A DNA stretch of 61,674 bases, filler included, from Rhabdomonas costata (Eukaryota), in the NCBI GenBank assembly GCA_019059605.1. It is 22 parts of 22 records of this genome, joined end to end, with 100 filler letters (N's around TTAATTAATTAA, not from the genome) between each part and the next. Parts side by side here need not be neighbours in the genome. Positions count along the whole stretch, not along the records: positions 50,549 to 53,253 come from JAHMHO010002297.1; positions 53,354 to 56,059 come from JAHMHO010002298.1; positions 56,160 to 58,863 come from JAHMHO010002299.1; positions 58,964 to 61,674 come from JAHMHO010002300.1; 18 more parts are not named here. The stretch is one strand, 5' to 3'. Of the stretch, positions 50,449-61,674 are shown piece after piece. The first letter of the stretch is position 1, and each line of letters opens with the position of its first letter. The notes beneath the pieces are model-generated. The model had not been told where the DNA came from. It worked only from the letters and a program-made list of their open reading frames with translations, and made no database searches. Position numbers and translations under genes: made by a program.

Positions 50449-50903
50449 NNNNNNNNNNNNNNNNNNNNNNNNNNNNNNNNNNNNNNNNNNNNTTAATTAA
50501 TTAANNNNNNNNNNNNNNNNNNNNNNNNNNNNNNNNNNNNNNNNNNNNTTTTTGTGGGGGAGAGCGAGACAACGTGGAGACTGCGAAGCAAACCAGCAAA
50601 GTGGTCATGGCTGGTTTTTGGCTTTCTTGAGTCAGCTGTGATAGTCTGCCGGTGGCAGCTCGGCTTGGATTTCGTCCACAACCACTATTGTGCCATTTGG
50701 AATCCTCATCAAAAGACGAGAAGTGTTCGGTTGCGAGAAGGATACGGAAGGATTCCCCACACTAAAGATAACAGCAGCAGGGACCTCTTTGCACACTGCT
50801 CGCTAAAGCTAGGGTGATGTTAAGCCGTGAGAAACCAGGCACTGGAAGTGATTTTCATTCACCGGTTTCCTTTTTGCTCAGTGCATTCGATTTTCTTCCG
50901 CGT

Positions 50904-52669
50904 ATGATGGATGAGGCCACCGAAGGCACCAACGCTACCAAAGGTTCTGCCCCAATAGGGGCACTTCCCTGCCCACTCACCCGCCTCGCCCCCCGCTTCG
51001 GCCTCACCACGGACCGGCCTCTCGAGCGCCACCGCGGCTGACCTATGCACCTAAAGTAACAAATCTCTTTTGTACTGCAACCTCCTGGGAACCGTTCATC
51101 GCCGGCAGAGTAGAGCTCCGCGTTGCAAATCACGGAATGACGGAAATAATGTTTTTGGCTCTGACCCCTTGGACATTCCTTCCTCTAATACCAATTGTGG
51201 TTTGATATGATGTGTCAGTACCTAACCCTGGATAGTAGGGAGGAGGGGGTTACCAAACAGGCGGAACCCGAAATGCGGACAGAAAACCCCTCAGAATCCT
51301 GCTCACATTTCAATATGACGGGGGAGGCGGGGCGTAGTGTGGTTTTGCTTCTCCTGGAACTTCTGTCAGGGCACATCAAGAAGGTGCGGGAGTGCCAGTT
51401 CTGTGGAAAGGCTTTCCACAAAGCTGCCCTGCTGGTGGTCCATGAAAGAACGCACACTGGAGAGGTTGTGGTGCTTCTTTGTTCTCGTTTCGGTGAGATG
51501 ATATGAAAAATGTCGTTGGCTCTTCCAGACAATGCGCCTCTTTAGTGTGTGATTCCGTCCTTTGGACGCCCCCGTCAATTCACGCCTCGGATTCTGGGTT
51601 ATGTTCAGGTTATACCAGGTTGGCGGCAACATATTGCCTTGCCACCTGGAAAGTGAGAATCGGAAAAGTGGTACCAAAAACAACCATTTGACCTTACAGG
51701 GGGGGGGGTTGTAAAAACAGTGGTCTTTGCAATACATGTCTGCCTGGTTGTTTCATATGCATTGCTCCATTCAGGTTATAGCAGGTTAACCTTTCTGGGG
51801 TTGGCCGATGTTTTTCCGGTGTGCCCGTGACATTAGCAGTCGTTTTTTGCTTCTCACGTTTGACATGTCGCGGGCCATATTCAATAATTGCACGGGTATT
51901 TTTTATTTCCCAGTACCCTCCGATATACAAGTGGTTGGAAACCAGACGCCCTTCCTCCTTGGTGGCTTCAAGTCAAATCCGTTTACATTCTCGTCATCGG
52001 CGGGACCCCCTTCGCATGCTTGTTCACTCCGAGGCTGTCATTCAAGAAATTCCTTGGTGTCTCTTGGAATTACTCTCTGTGTGTGGGAGGCCTGCCTGGA
52101 TGCGCGCAGCGCCCGTTCAGCTGCCAGCTGTGCCACAAGAGCTTCTCCCGCAGCACTCACCTCACCCGGCACAACCTCACCGCACACTCGGTGGCCGGGG
52201 CGGTATCCCCGTTTTCGTGCCCGAAGTGCAGTCTCGGGTTTCGCTCCCAGGATCACCTTAAGAGGTTCTTTTGCTACCTCTTTCTCCCTGGGCCTCGTCC
52301 ATTTGGAGTGGGGGTAAAACAGTGAAAGGGTCAGACCTAGCAATCTTATCAGGCAGTCGAAAGCACATCCTTCACGCTAAAGGGCAGCCCAAACCTGGCA
52401 TTTGGCCGAGAGGATGCAGGTTTGGAGTGAAAGCTTGGGTGGTGCACTGATCACCCTCGTTGCCCCTTCCCCTTGCAGGCAGAGTAAACCCCACAGCGTT
52501 AAGTAGGTCATCGAGCCAGATCGAACATGGGTTGCGCTGTTCAATTGTTTAGTGCATCTCTGACAATGTGCCAGCTCTATCTCTTTGTCATCTGGGATGT
52601 TTGCGAGTGTGTGTTAGGGATTTTCGCATTGGCGATGTTTTCTTCACAGGCATCAGGCGAAGCCCTGTG
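50904..52669 (+). CDS. C2H2 zinc-finger protein (TFIIIA-like N-terminal fingers), 5' exons
   Basis: Exons 50904-50943, 51370-51464, 52110-52264 and from 52650: CQFCGKAFHKAALLVVHERTHTGE|RPFSCQLCHKSFSRSTHLTRH..FSCPKCSLGFRSQDHLKR|H. Confidence 0.88.
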
Positions 52670-54099
52670 GTCCTGCTTTGTGCTCCGAGTGTGGACGAAT
52701 ATGCTCGTCGTATGTCTGTGTGCTCCCCCTGGGTTGCCTATGTGATGTCACCAAAGCAATGAACGCAGGCTGTGGTGTGGTGAATGTCCGCCCATCTGAA
52801 TGTTTGCATTTTGGGACGTCACAGCCCCATTTCCCCCTTGACTGCAAATGGAACTTTGAGCTCAGAGTGCTGCTCTGATCATTTACTGATTTTAGCGGCA
52901 GGCAACTTTGCCCTTCAATGACATTTCATTGGATTCGATTATGATTCGAGCTTCGGTTCGCCAAGCACGTGGGGGTCATCATCATCTTTTTTTCAAGGTC
53001 CATCACCCATATACTTGCGTTCCGTCACTTAATGCCCACCTCCATGATGTTTTCACCGGTCGAGTGTACCTCCTCCTCCGGACCCCACTCAAAGCCCCAC
53101 CTGCCGTGGGTGCTCAGGCAAACCCCCTGTTAGTCTTCGATTATATTTCTGGGCACGGGTATGCCATTCGTTGGCAGTGGAATGGAAATGCTTGCACCAG
53201 CAATTGAAACCGCCCCGTGGCTTCATGGCCCGCCCCTCCTTCCCGTCCAGAAGNNNNNNNNNNNNNNNNNNNNNNNNNNNNNNNNNNNNNNNNNNNNTTA
53301 ATTAATTAANNNNNNNNNNNNNNNNNNNNNNNNNNNNNNNNNNNNNNNNNNNNTTTAAAGTAAAATAAGACTCTGTAACTGTAGACACAATATCACTTAA
53401 CTGTGAAAGCAGAAACTCTAGAACAATTGCCTAGCTAAATATTACAATTGCTGGTAAAAACTCAACCACATAAATAAACTCTGAAGCTGAAACACAATGG
53501 AGACGAGTTCATCTCCATACTCACATTATTCCACATAAGACCTGAGTTTTGTTGGTCGGAAGGGTACGCCACCCTGGAAATCTGTCTTTCATCTGAAAAA
53601 GTAAACAAAGAGTGTAAACACAAAGACAAGGAAGAAGCTTCCATGTGTCGTCTTAAGTAAACTATTTTCAAACTGTCAAACCCACTTATACACTTTAGAA
53701 AAAACAATTATGACACATTATTTGTAAAACCCACTGATTCAACCTCACTTTCACCTATTTTAGCACTAAATAATGAAAAAAAAAAGAGTGGCTAATTGGC
53801 TTTGATGTCATGCGCAATGGGAATCAATGTAAAACCTTCCATTTCAACGAATGATTTGCTTATTCACGTCCTTCAGCGTCGATTATACCTGTGCTCCTGT
53901 CCGCTCTGCAGTGGCCATCATTTGCCGATATCTCTCCAGACATGATTTTGCAGCAAATGGACAATGATGCTCAATGGCGTTTTGGCGTACAGGCACGCGT
54001 ATGTACTAAACACAAATTCAAATTCATTATGAGACAACACCTCTGTGTCACACTTATTCACTGTGTAGCTGGCAGTGCATCTGCTGAGCATACATGTCA

Positions 54100-55050
54100 G
54101 TGTAAGGTGTCACCATCAAATTGTAACACATTGCTGTATTGCACTTACGTCTCTTACCGCTGCTCCCTGAACGATTCACAATATTCAGGCCATCTTCTCT
54201 CAGAATTATCTTCACTTGCATCCTCCATATCAGGCTCTGGACGTGTAAGGTACCGTTGTGTTTTGTGATGCCACAACTTATTCCACTTATGGAAGCTATG
54301 CATTGTTTAAATCTTTGTCTTGAGCTTCGAGTTTACATTTACATATCGTTTCGTCTATCTCGAACACCTTAACTCTCTGGAACCACCTCACATTCCTTTT
54401 TATAATGACTACACACTGGGTCTAACCATCTAACATCTTCCCATTTGTCATCATCTTTAACTTTACCACGTATCAGCAATGTAGTATGTCATCCACTCGG
54501 TAAAATCTTGAACTTTATGAAACGTTTCGCCGACATTCATACATGTTGTTTGGTATGACTGTCAATTTCTACGCCTCGTATACACGTTATCACTTGGATC
54601 TTCACTGCAGTCCGCGTCAGCTTCTGGCAACACTACTGGATGGTATCGCTCGGTTGAAAGATGAATGCGCTCTCTAAAGCACCTCCTGTGGAAGTTACAG
54701 CACAGCATTTGTCTTCGGAGTATTTTTCATAATGGCAAACGTTCCCAAAGCATTCGGCATTAACTTCATATGCGAATACCCAAAAACCACCTTGCAATGT
54801 ATACTCATACTAATCAACACACTAAACCACCAGAAATTTGTAATCCGCTCTATTTCCCATTCTGAATCTACTTCCATAATGTATCCAGCAAGTGCTTCAA
54901 TGTTACTGTCATGCTGAGCCATAAATATTAGTTGGTATTTACCTCCATCTGGTGTAAACTCTGTAGAATGACCTTTGCTATGTCTTATAAACATGAGTAC
55001 TGTTGATTTCAATCTTCTTTATGTGAATACATTAGTGCTGGCGATGAATC
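54100..55050 (-). mobile_element. Decayed MULE/Mutator-like transposase in an AT-richer contig
   Basis: HSTEF..GKYQLIFM..ALAGYIM is followed by P KTNAV(L)CNFH across a frameshift (54688-54699), resembling the MULE CxxH motif. Many stops. Confidence 0.4.
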
Positions 55051-56857
55051 AAGATAAAGTAAGCCACTTGTTAATGGTATTCCAGAGGAGACGGAGTTGG
55101 TAGGACTTCATACAATCTACCTATAGTAAAGCAGCAATGTGCGCTGATTGCATAGTCCAGAGCCACGTTTAAACTTTTTACCCAGAGTAACGTTTTGTAT
55201 CCATTTAATTTTGTTGTGATGACTGCAAACCCATATCACTTGGAAAGCATCGGGAAATTGCTAGGTTTCAGAGTTGTTGGTTTTCAGAACGTTCTTGCGT
55301 TATAGGACACTTTTTACTTGAGTATGTGAGGTTCACTTTACCGAATTCGCGAAGCGTAGATGACTTTATGAACAATTTCCTTGCACATTTTGAACACCCA
55401 CATGGTTGATGTTCCATATTTTTACAGAGCCTTCTGCAGTCGCCCGTCTGTTGGGACTTTTTATGTACTAGAGTAATAGCGTGTAACTATCCAGAGACAT
55501 ACAGCCAGGACATCAAGGTGTTTTAAGAGACTATTTCCGGAAATTTGATGTATACTTCAGATGGACTTCAAGGTGATCGTAGACAAAAGTCGAAGCTCAT
55601 AATCTCGTGATCCAGGTTGTTGGGAAATTCTAGACATATATACCTGTCTACAGCTGTTAATATAGAGCGTAGCACATTGCGGCCGGAGACAGATGACCAG
55701 AATACTGAAAGTTCAACTGTTTCCAACAAAAGTATGAAAAACACAATTTACCAATCTAAAATGTTGTTGCAGTGACGTTATACTCAAACTAGCTCCATGC
55801 CACAGCATTGTAGATTTGGTGGATGGGAGCAGAGAACTGATTTTCAAACGGCTCTGGTGCATCCTGGACGTTGCTGGGTTTGACGCAGATCCACGGAAGA
55901 TGTATTCGCGCACATAACACGACTGCGGTGATTTTTATGAAAAGTTTATGTGGTTTTTAAGATTAACAATGATGCATCACAGTATTTTTGAGAGTTTTTA
56001 CGTGTAAAAGAGACAAGATGTACGAGATCTTATATGAGTGTTACAGGTAATACATCATCNNNNNNNNNNNNNNNNNNNNNNNNNNNNNNNNNNNNNNNNN
56101 NNNTTAATTAATTAANNNNNNNNNNNNNNNNNNNNNNNNNNNNNNNNNNNNNNNNNNNNTTGTGTGGTGGGCAATATTAAGTGGTCTTCCCTTGAGGAGG
56201 GTGTGGGGACTCTAAGGACCTGAGAGGATACCGGTAGGCCTAAGCTCCAGCGGGCTCAAACGGATGCGGAAGGCAGGGCTCCGGGGGCCGGTTTTGGATT
56301 GTGCGATTCTTTAGTGACATTGTTCCTCCTGGACAACCATTACATATCAGCGACCTTGCGGATTCTCTGTCCCCCATCCCTTTTCTTTGGAATAGAAACC
56401 GAATTCGCCTTAAGTTTAGATTTAATTCTTTTTTCATTTTGTTGCTTGTCTTCAGGGGCTTCTTATCTTTCATTTTCGAAAGCTCGCTTTATGTAGTCGT
56501 ACTCCCGGCCCTTATTCAATGAGAGCTTGGTCAAAGCTAACGACACCTGAAACACACTAGCGATCAAGGTGGACCCGTCAGTGGTCTCTATTTCCACTCG
56601 CAATAGCAAACTCACAAAATCACAAATTAGACGTCGGCAGCCGAATAGGAAAGAGACCATAAAAGAATGAGGGGAACCCGGACGCGGTCTCCTATTCCGC
56701 TCGACGGAGCCCGGACGGTGCTTCTCCCTCTGTTGCTTGAAAAAGCGGTGAAAGCGGTGACGGTGTTGTGTGTAGTCTTGCAACGAAGGGGGGGGGTTCA
56801 CGAGGATACTAGAAAAATCCCGCTCCCTTCCCTCCCACCCTGTATTCCCTGGTTCAG

Positions 56858-57181
56858 GATACGGAGGCCGAGGTGGAACAGCAGTGGATTTTGCTCTGCT
56901 CGGAGCTCCAGAAGTCCCACACTGCTCTGATCTTCCATATGAAGAACCACTACGCGCTGGTTTTCGCGGCCCGGTCCTGGGCCACACCCAGCGCCGCGCC
57001 TGAGCCAAACTGCGGGGCCTCCGCCTCTATGTCTGATCCAAACACCACGGGGGTTGTCCGCCAACTGCTCACCGCGCGGAAGGGCCAGCGCCCAGCCGTG
57101 TGGATGGATTGGGCGGAAGCCCGGGCGACCATGATAAAGTCGGTGGGTTACAAGATCATGGCGGTCTCGCGAGTCGCATGA
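56858..57181 (+). CDS. Terminal exon of a BIVM-like / papain-like-fold protein
   Basis: ALIFHMKNHYALVFAARSW...RQLLTARKGQRPAVWMDW has the H-x2-NHY strand motif of BIVM-like proteins. TTCAG acceptor and TGA stop. Confidence 0.55.
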   Translation, partial: DTEAEVEQQWILLCSELQKSHTALIFHMKNHYALVFAARSWATPSAAPEPNCGASASMSDPNTTGVVRQLLTARKGQRPAVWMDWAEARATMIKSVGYKIMAVSRVA

Positions 57182-58239
57182 GCAACAGTGTGGTGTCGAC
57201 GACAGAGCCACATCCTGTGCTCTTCTCATCGCTCTCTTTCTTCTTTTTTTATTGTATGGATGTACATTTTGCTTTTTTTTTAACGCTATTTGACTTGCTG
57301 AATGTAAAAAAAATCTGAATGTTGCCTATACTTGGTTTCTGCCTCGTCGTTGACTGTTCGTTGCTTGGAAGTCTTCTGAAAAGTTGTTTGGTGGGAATGG
57401 TTGGTTTTCTCACATCTGACCTCTCGCCAGAAAGGAGATTGCCTCCTCTCCCTGAAAGCTCATCTCCATTCCAAGAAATCGATTGGTGGGAGTGTCATTC
57501 TGACATACCGGCGGAGGTTGTCCACGGTGACTTGGCTTCCACCTTTTTTCTGTGCACCAATGTGGGCTAGCACATCATATGGCGGCACTGTGCTCCCATT
57601 TTTTCCTGAACCTGGAATGGTATTTCGGTCCATTTGTCAGGTCCACAACTCAGTTGGGGTCCGTAACAGTTTGTTATTTCAATTGCACACCACTCGCAAA
57701 CGAATCGGCGCATCCTGTCCAAGAAGTCCTCACGGGGGGCGATAATGTGTCGTAGCTGTCTTTGCGTTCTTCTCGTTTGCCTATTCGTTCCATTTTTTCA
57801 GTTTGGGTGTTCTTCTTATTTTGGTGGTGTCTCTTCCTATTGGTTGTGCAGCCCTGTGTGCGGAGGCGTGTGTGTGTGCGGGAAGGGAGCGGGGAAGCTC
57901 TCTTCTCTTTTTTTCCTCTCCTCTTCTCATTCAGTTCAGTAGACGATGACATCCACGGGACGCCCGCTTTTCGAGCGTATGAACTTCTTTGCTCTTTAAT
58001 GCAATCCTTTCCATTATCCCTCCCCAACTGCCCTTCTCCATAATCTATGCACCCAACTCCAATGTTGGTTCCGGAGTCAACCGAATTGTTGTCGTTGTTG
58101 TGGCAGTCCTCTTTTTATGTTTCTTGTCAACTTTCCTTCCCGGGGGAATTTTCCAACCTGGCTCGAGAACTGTTTCAACGTCTGGTGTCTTGTAGTTGCG
58201 TGGACGTAATTGCTGCCTTTTCAAACCAACAAACCCCAG

Positions 58240-58433
58240 GACCCAAGGTGGAACCCCCTGGGGGTAAGTATCCCCAGCCCCTGCACATCCAAATTACCTC
58301 CCCAGGGGCGAAGGTGTACTATACTCTGGATGGAAGCTACCCCGGGCCCTCGGGTGGGTCCACCCTGTACACCGGTCCCGTGGTGCTGTCGCAGTGTGGG
58401 AAGTTCCGCATCCGTGTCCTGGCCGTGAAAGAG
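58240..58433 (+). CDS. Exon encoding an Fn3-associated / chitobiase-hexosaminidase C-terminal domain
   Basis: PKVEPPGGKY..LHIQITSPGAKVYYTLDGSYP..STLYTGPVVL..IRVLAVK, bounded by CAG and GT. Confidence 0.85.
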
Positions 58434-59276
58434 GTGGCCTTTTCCTCCTTCTGTCGTTCGAATGGAAGCCTTTTCGGTGGCATAGGATCACCAGCCCCCA
58501 GTGAGTGTTTTGAGGTTAAAAGTCTGTTAATCGGTGTGGTACCCTGCCGAAGCTTTGCTGTTTGGTGGTGCGAAAGCTGTAAAAAAAAAAAAAGCAGAAA
58601 ACCTGTCTTCAGCCCAGACCTCGGTAGATCCACGTGAATTCTTTCTCCAGGGCGTAAGCATTGAAGGAAGGGGCAATTTAGCTTTCCTGTGGTCGCGGTT
58701 AACAGGGTGGGATCGATGCATCTTTGGGGGTGGTGAGTGAGGTAGGGTATTACATTACAGTATAAGAATTCCTGGTTTCATAACTGACCGTTTAGCATCG
58801 TTAATCAATCTTAAATCGAAACATTTAACACCCCCCCCCCCAAAAAAAAAATACAACAACCACNNNNNNNNNNNNNNNNNNNNNNNNNNNNNNNNNNNNN
58901 NNNNNNNTTAATTAATTAANNNNNNNNNNNNNNNNNNNNNNNNNNNNNNNNNNNNNNNNNNNNGCCGTGGTGGGGTCGTCAGCAGGCGGCGCACCCGTGG
59001 CATGCACGGTAGTCTCCGTGCGTCCGGCCAGCGTTTGGGTGGTGTTCCAGCTAATTGCCGCAGTGTCCGCAGCACGCCAGGCCGCTTTGGTATGCGTTTT
59101 CGCTCCTGCCCACGCCCTGAAGTGGCAGCGTGTTCCAATGACGTACCTCCTGTCTGCCGATACCTTCGATTACTTATCGTGATGGATGCTGATGTTTACC
59201 GAAGACTTCACCGTAGATTCTGCTTGCGCGTTCGTTGCCGTTGCCCTCCCTTCGCTTCCTGTTTCTCTCCTCATAG

Positions 59277-60123
59277 GTGTCCTCCCTGATTGCGAACTGC
59301 AGCTCGATCTCCGGGCTGAACTGTCTGAGCCTTTCCTTGAGCACAGGGGCCATATCAGGCAGCAGGTATACCTCCCATCCCATCCTATGAAACTCTCCTC
59401 TCCTTTCATCGTTTTGTTTCGAGCCCTGCGTTTTTGCGTGGACAGCGGGAAACCCCCTTATTCCCCCTTAACCCCCTTATTCCGCGCCAAGGGGATGAAA
59501 GGTACGAACAGTTTTGCTTGCTTTGCTTGCTTTCATTTTTCGCAAAAGTTTCCGCCTATCGAAAAGGTGGAGAGGCTTGGGGGGCTAGAGGGAATCTAGC
59601 CCAGAGAAGGGTCCGCACCTCTCACCTTCCCTCATCCAGGGAACCGTGCTCGTTCGTTTATTTTGGTTTGCAGTGCTCCAGTGGTTTGTTTTTAGGAGCG
59701 GTTTTTCAGCCAGTGGTGCGTCGACAGAAGTGGTGCAGCGGGCTAGCGGTGATGACGGTAGAATATGGCGATTTCTTGCCTTCCCCTGCAATTTCATGTT
59801 TTCGCCCTATTTTCTCTCGCACAAACATTTACAATCATAACTCATACCTGGTCACCCAAACCGGAAAATGAAGGGCGAACGTTTTTGTCCGTTAGATCGT
59901 TTCTCACCAACTTGTTTTGTTTGTTGCGCGTGTGCAAACGCATAGTTCAAGAGTTGCTGTGTTTTTGGTGCTAAGCGGGCTCTCTGGCGGCGCCATTGCG
60001 GGCATTGTTGTGGGTACTTTGGTGGGCTTCGCGCTGGTTCTGCTCGGGGCTGCGGTTGTGATGCGCCGTACCCGCCGTGCCCATTATGCAGCACCTGTCG
60101 GCCAAGTCCACCCGATCACGGGG
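59277..60123 (+). CDS. Single-pass (type I) membrane protein, juxtamembrane and TM exons
   Basis: Exons 59277-59365 and 59976-60123 join in phase: ..ISGS|SGLSGGAIAGIVVGTLVGFALVLLGAAVVMRRTRR. Confidence 0.75.
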
Positions 60124-61674
60124 GTCCGCGTCAGCGAGGGTTTTCGGCTGCCCTCTCCCCTTCCCTTCCCTTTCCGTTTGTTCTCGCTTCGGATGGTGCT
60201 GCAGTAATATGCGTGTCGCCTCTGCGTGCGGGTCCCAGTGCGTGCATGCTCCCTCTTGGTCCCAATGTGTCTGTGCATGTGTTCGTGGCGCTCATGTGTC
60301 AACTTTGGTTCGTAATTACAAGTTGTGATTGTTTTGGTGGTGGTGATGCAATAGGTGCTATGGCGGGGCAGTAGGGAGACAAAGCCCATCGTCCCAAGTT
60401 GAGGAAAAGGGAACGCAGCGAACCCCCCCCCCAGAAAAAAGCTTGTTTCGGAGTGGAAGCTGGAAGTTTACGCGGAGTGAGTCTACCGTTCACCATTGTT
60501 GTACCGTTCACCGTGCCAGCCACGCGCCCGTCGTCTCCGCAAATATGCGAGGAGAGGCCAAGAGTGTAGGCTCCTTTGAGGGAGGACCCTCATCCAGAAT
60601 ACTATGGCGTACCCAACCTCCCGCACCACCACTTATTTCCTCATTACTGCCTCAAAGGGAGAGGAGGGGAGGGGCTCCAAACGCAAGACCACCTAACCAG
60701 ACTGAGTCAGACTGCTTTGAAGCAAGCACCCTCCACCGGGCCGTGGGCATCCCGTCGATGTGTTACTTTCGCAGTGGCCTCGTACCAATTGGCCGCGGCC
60801 GAGGAGGGGATGGCTGAGGTGGACATCACCGCTTGAGCTGTTTGGTGGGACCTTGGGTCACCAGAATGGGCGAAGCGCTTCCACTTTTGTACAGCCGTGC
60901 TCGTTTTCGAAGAGGGTGTGAGATTCGCAGACCTTCGCACACTTTCCCATCAAGGAATCCTTGATCTGCTCTCTCGCAGCCCTACGCCTACCCAAGTGCA
61001 CTAGTCAACAGCGCACAGAAAGGAAGAGTTGTTTCTTATGTGTAGTATGGGGTATATTCCACACCTGCATGCTTCGTTGCCGGGAGATGTGTTTCATCGG
61101 CTTAGTGGCGTGTACGTACGACCAGAGGCATTGCTACTGTCAGCTTGCAGCGTACGCATTGCCTCTGCAAGCTTCTGTCACTTTCGTCAAGGGTGCAATC
61201 TAGTTTAGTTTCGCGTTTATTTTTGGTTTTTGTCGGTTCAGGACTGGGGGAGTGGTGCTCTCAGCTTTTTTCCTGCATAAGACGGTATCCGTGCATTCAT
61301 ATGAGAATGGATTGCGGGGGACGATGTATTGTCCTTGCTCCTCTCTCATGGAAATCAGTGGAGGGTCGTCTCTCAGTGTACGTGGAGTTTGTTTCGTACT
61401 CCATTTGTGTTATGGGAAGAGCTCCTAGGAGTTTGGCCAAGACTTGTCAGAGAGTTGTCATGCACTTCCATTTACCACTTTTTCGGCCGCGGTGCCAACC
61501 TTCGCGTTTTGTGCTGCTCCGTACGGTCGGGTTGTTATCGCCTCCCTAGCATATGTGCTTTGACGGCCCTGGGTGTCTTTTATGGGTCTTTCCTTTCCAT
61601 TCCTTTCCCACCTCCAAGAGCTTTGATTGTACCCCCCACCCCCTGTGTTGCTTACCAACCCAACTGCAAAGTGC

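Overview
This is not one locus. It is 22 unrelated ~2.7 kb contigs joined by artificial N-TTAATTAATTAA-N linkers. Most contigs begin with G/T-only bases and end with A/C-only bases, which suggests random K-primer whole-genome amplification of a single cell. The DNA is eukaryotic and intron-rich. Donor sites read mostly GTNYGY, at least two introns need GC donors, and AG acceptors sit just upstream of two start codons; together these point to a euglenozoan, probably euglenid-like, protist (inference). Spliced gene fragments rebuilt by hand: a zinc finger + R-S-E ADP-ribosyltransferase + ankyrin protein, Sec23, Rei1/ZNF622 with an extra tandem CCHC-knuckle exon, a pseudokinase, a tandem-BRCT protein, TEX47-like, strictosidine synthase-like, an LSMT/SETD3-type SET protein, ITFG2-like, GH78 rhamnosidase, a TFIIIA-like C2H2 protein, BIVM-like, an Fn3-associated domain and membrane proteins. 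Mobile or foreign DNA: an AT-rich, decayed virus-like island with a papain-type peptidase pseudogene, an RT+RNase H LINE relic, Merlin/IS1595-like and MULE-like transposase remnants, a 57-bp-stem foldback and a small palindromic dispersed repeat. I saw no rRNA, tRNA, SL RNA or CRISPR array. All family calls come from motif recognition by eye, not database searches.
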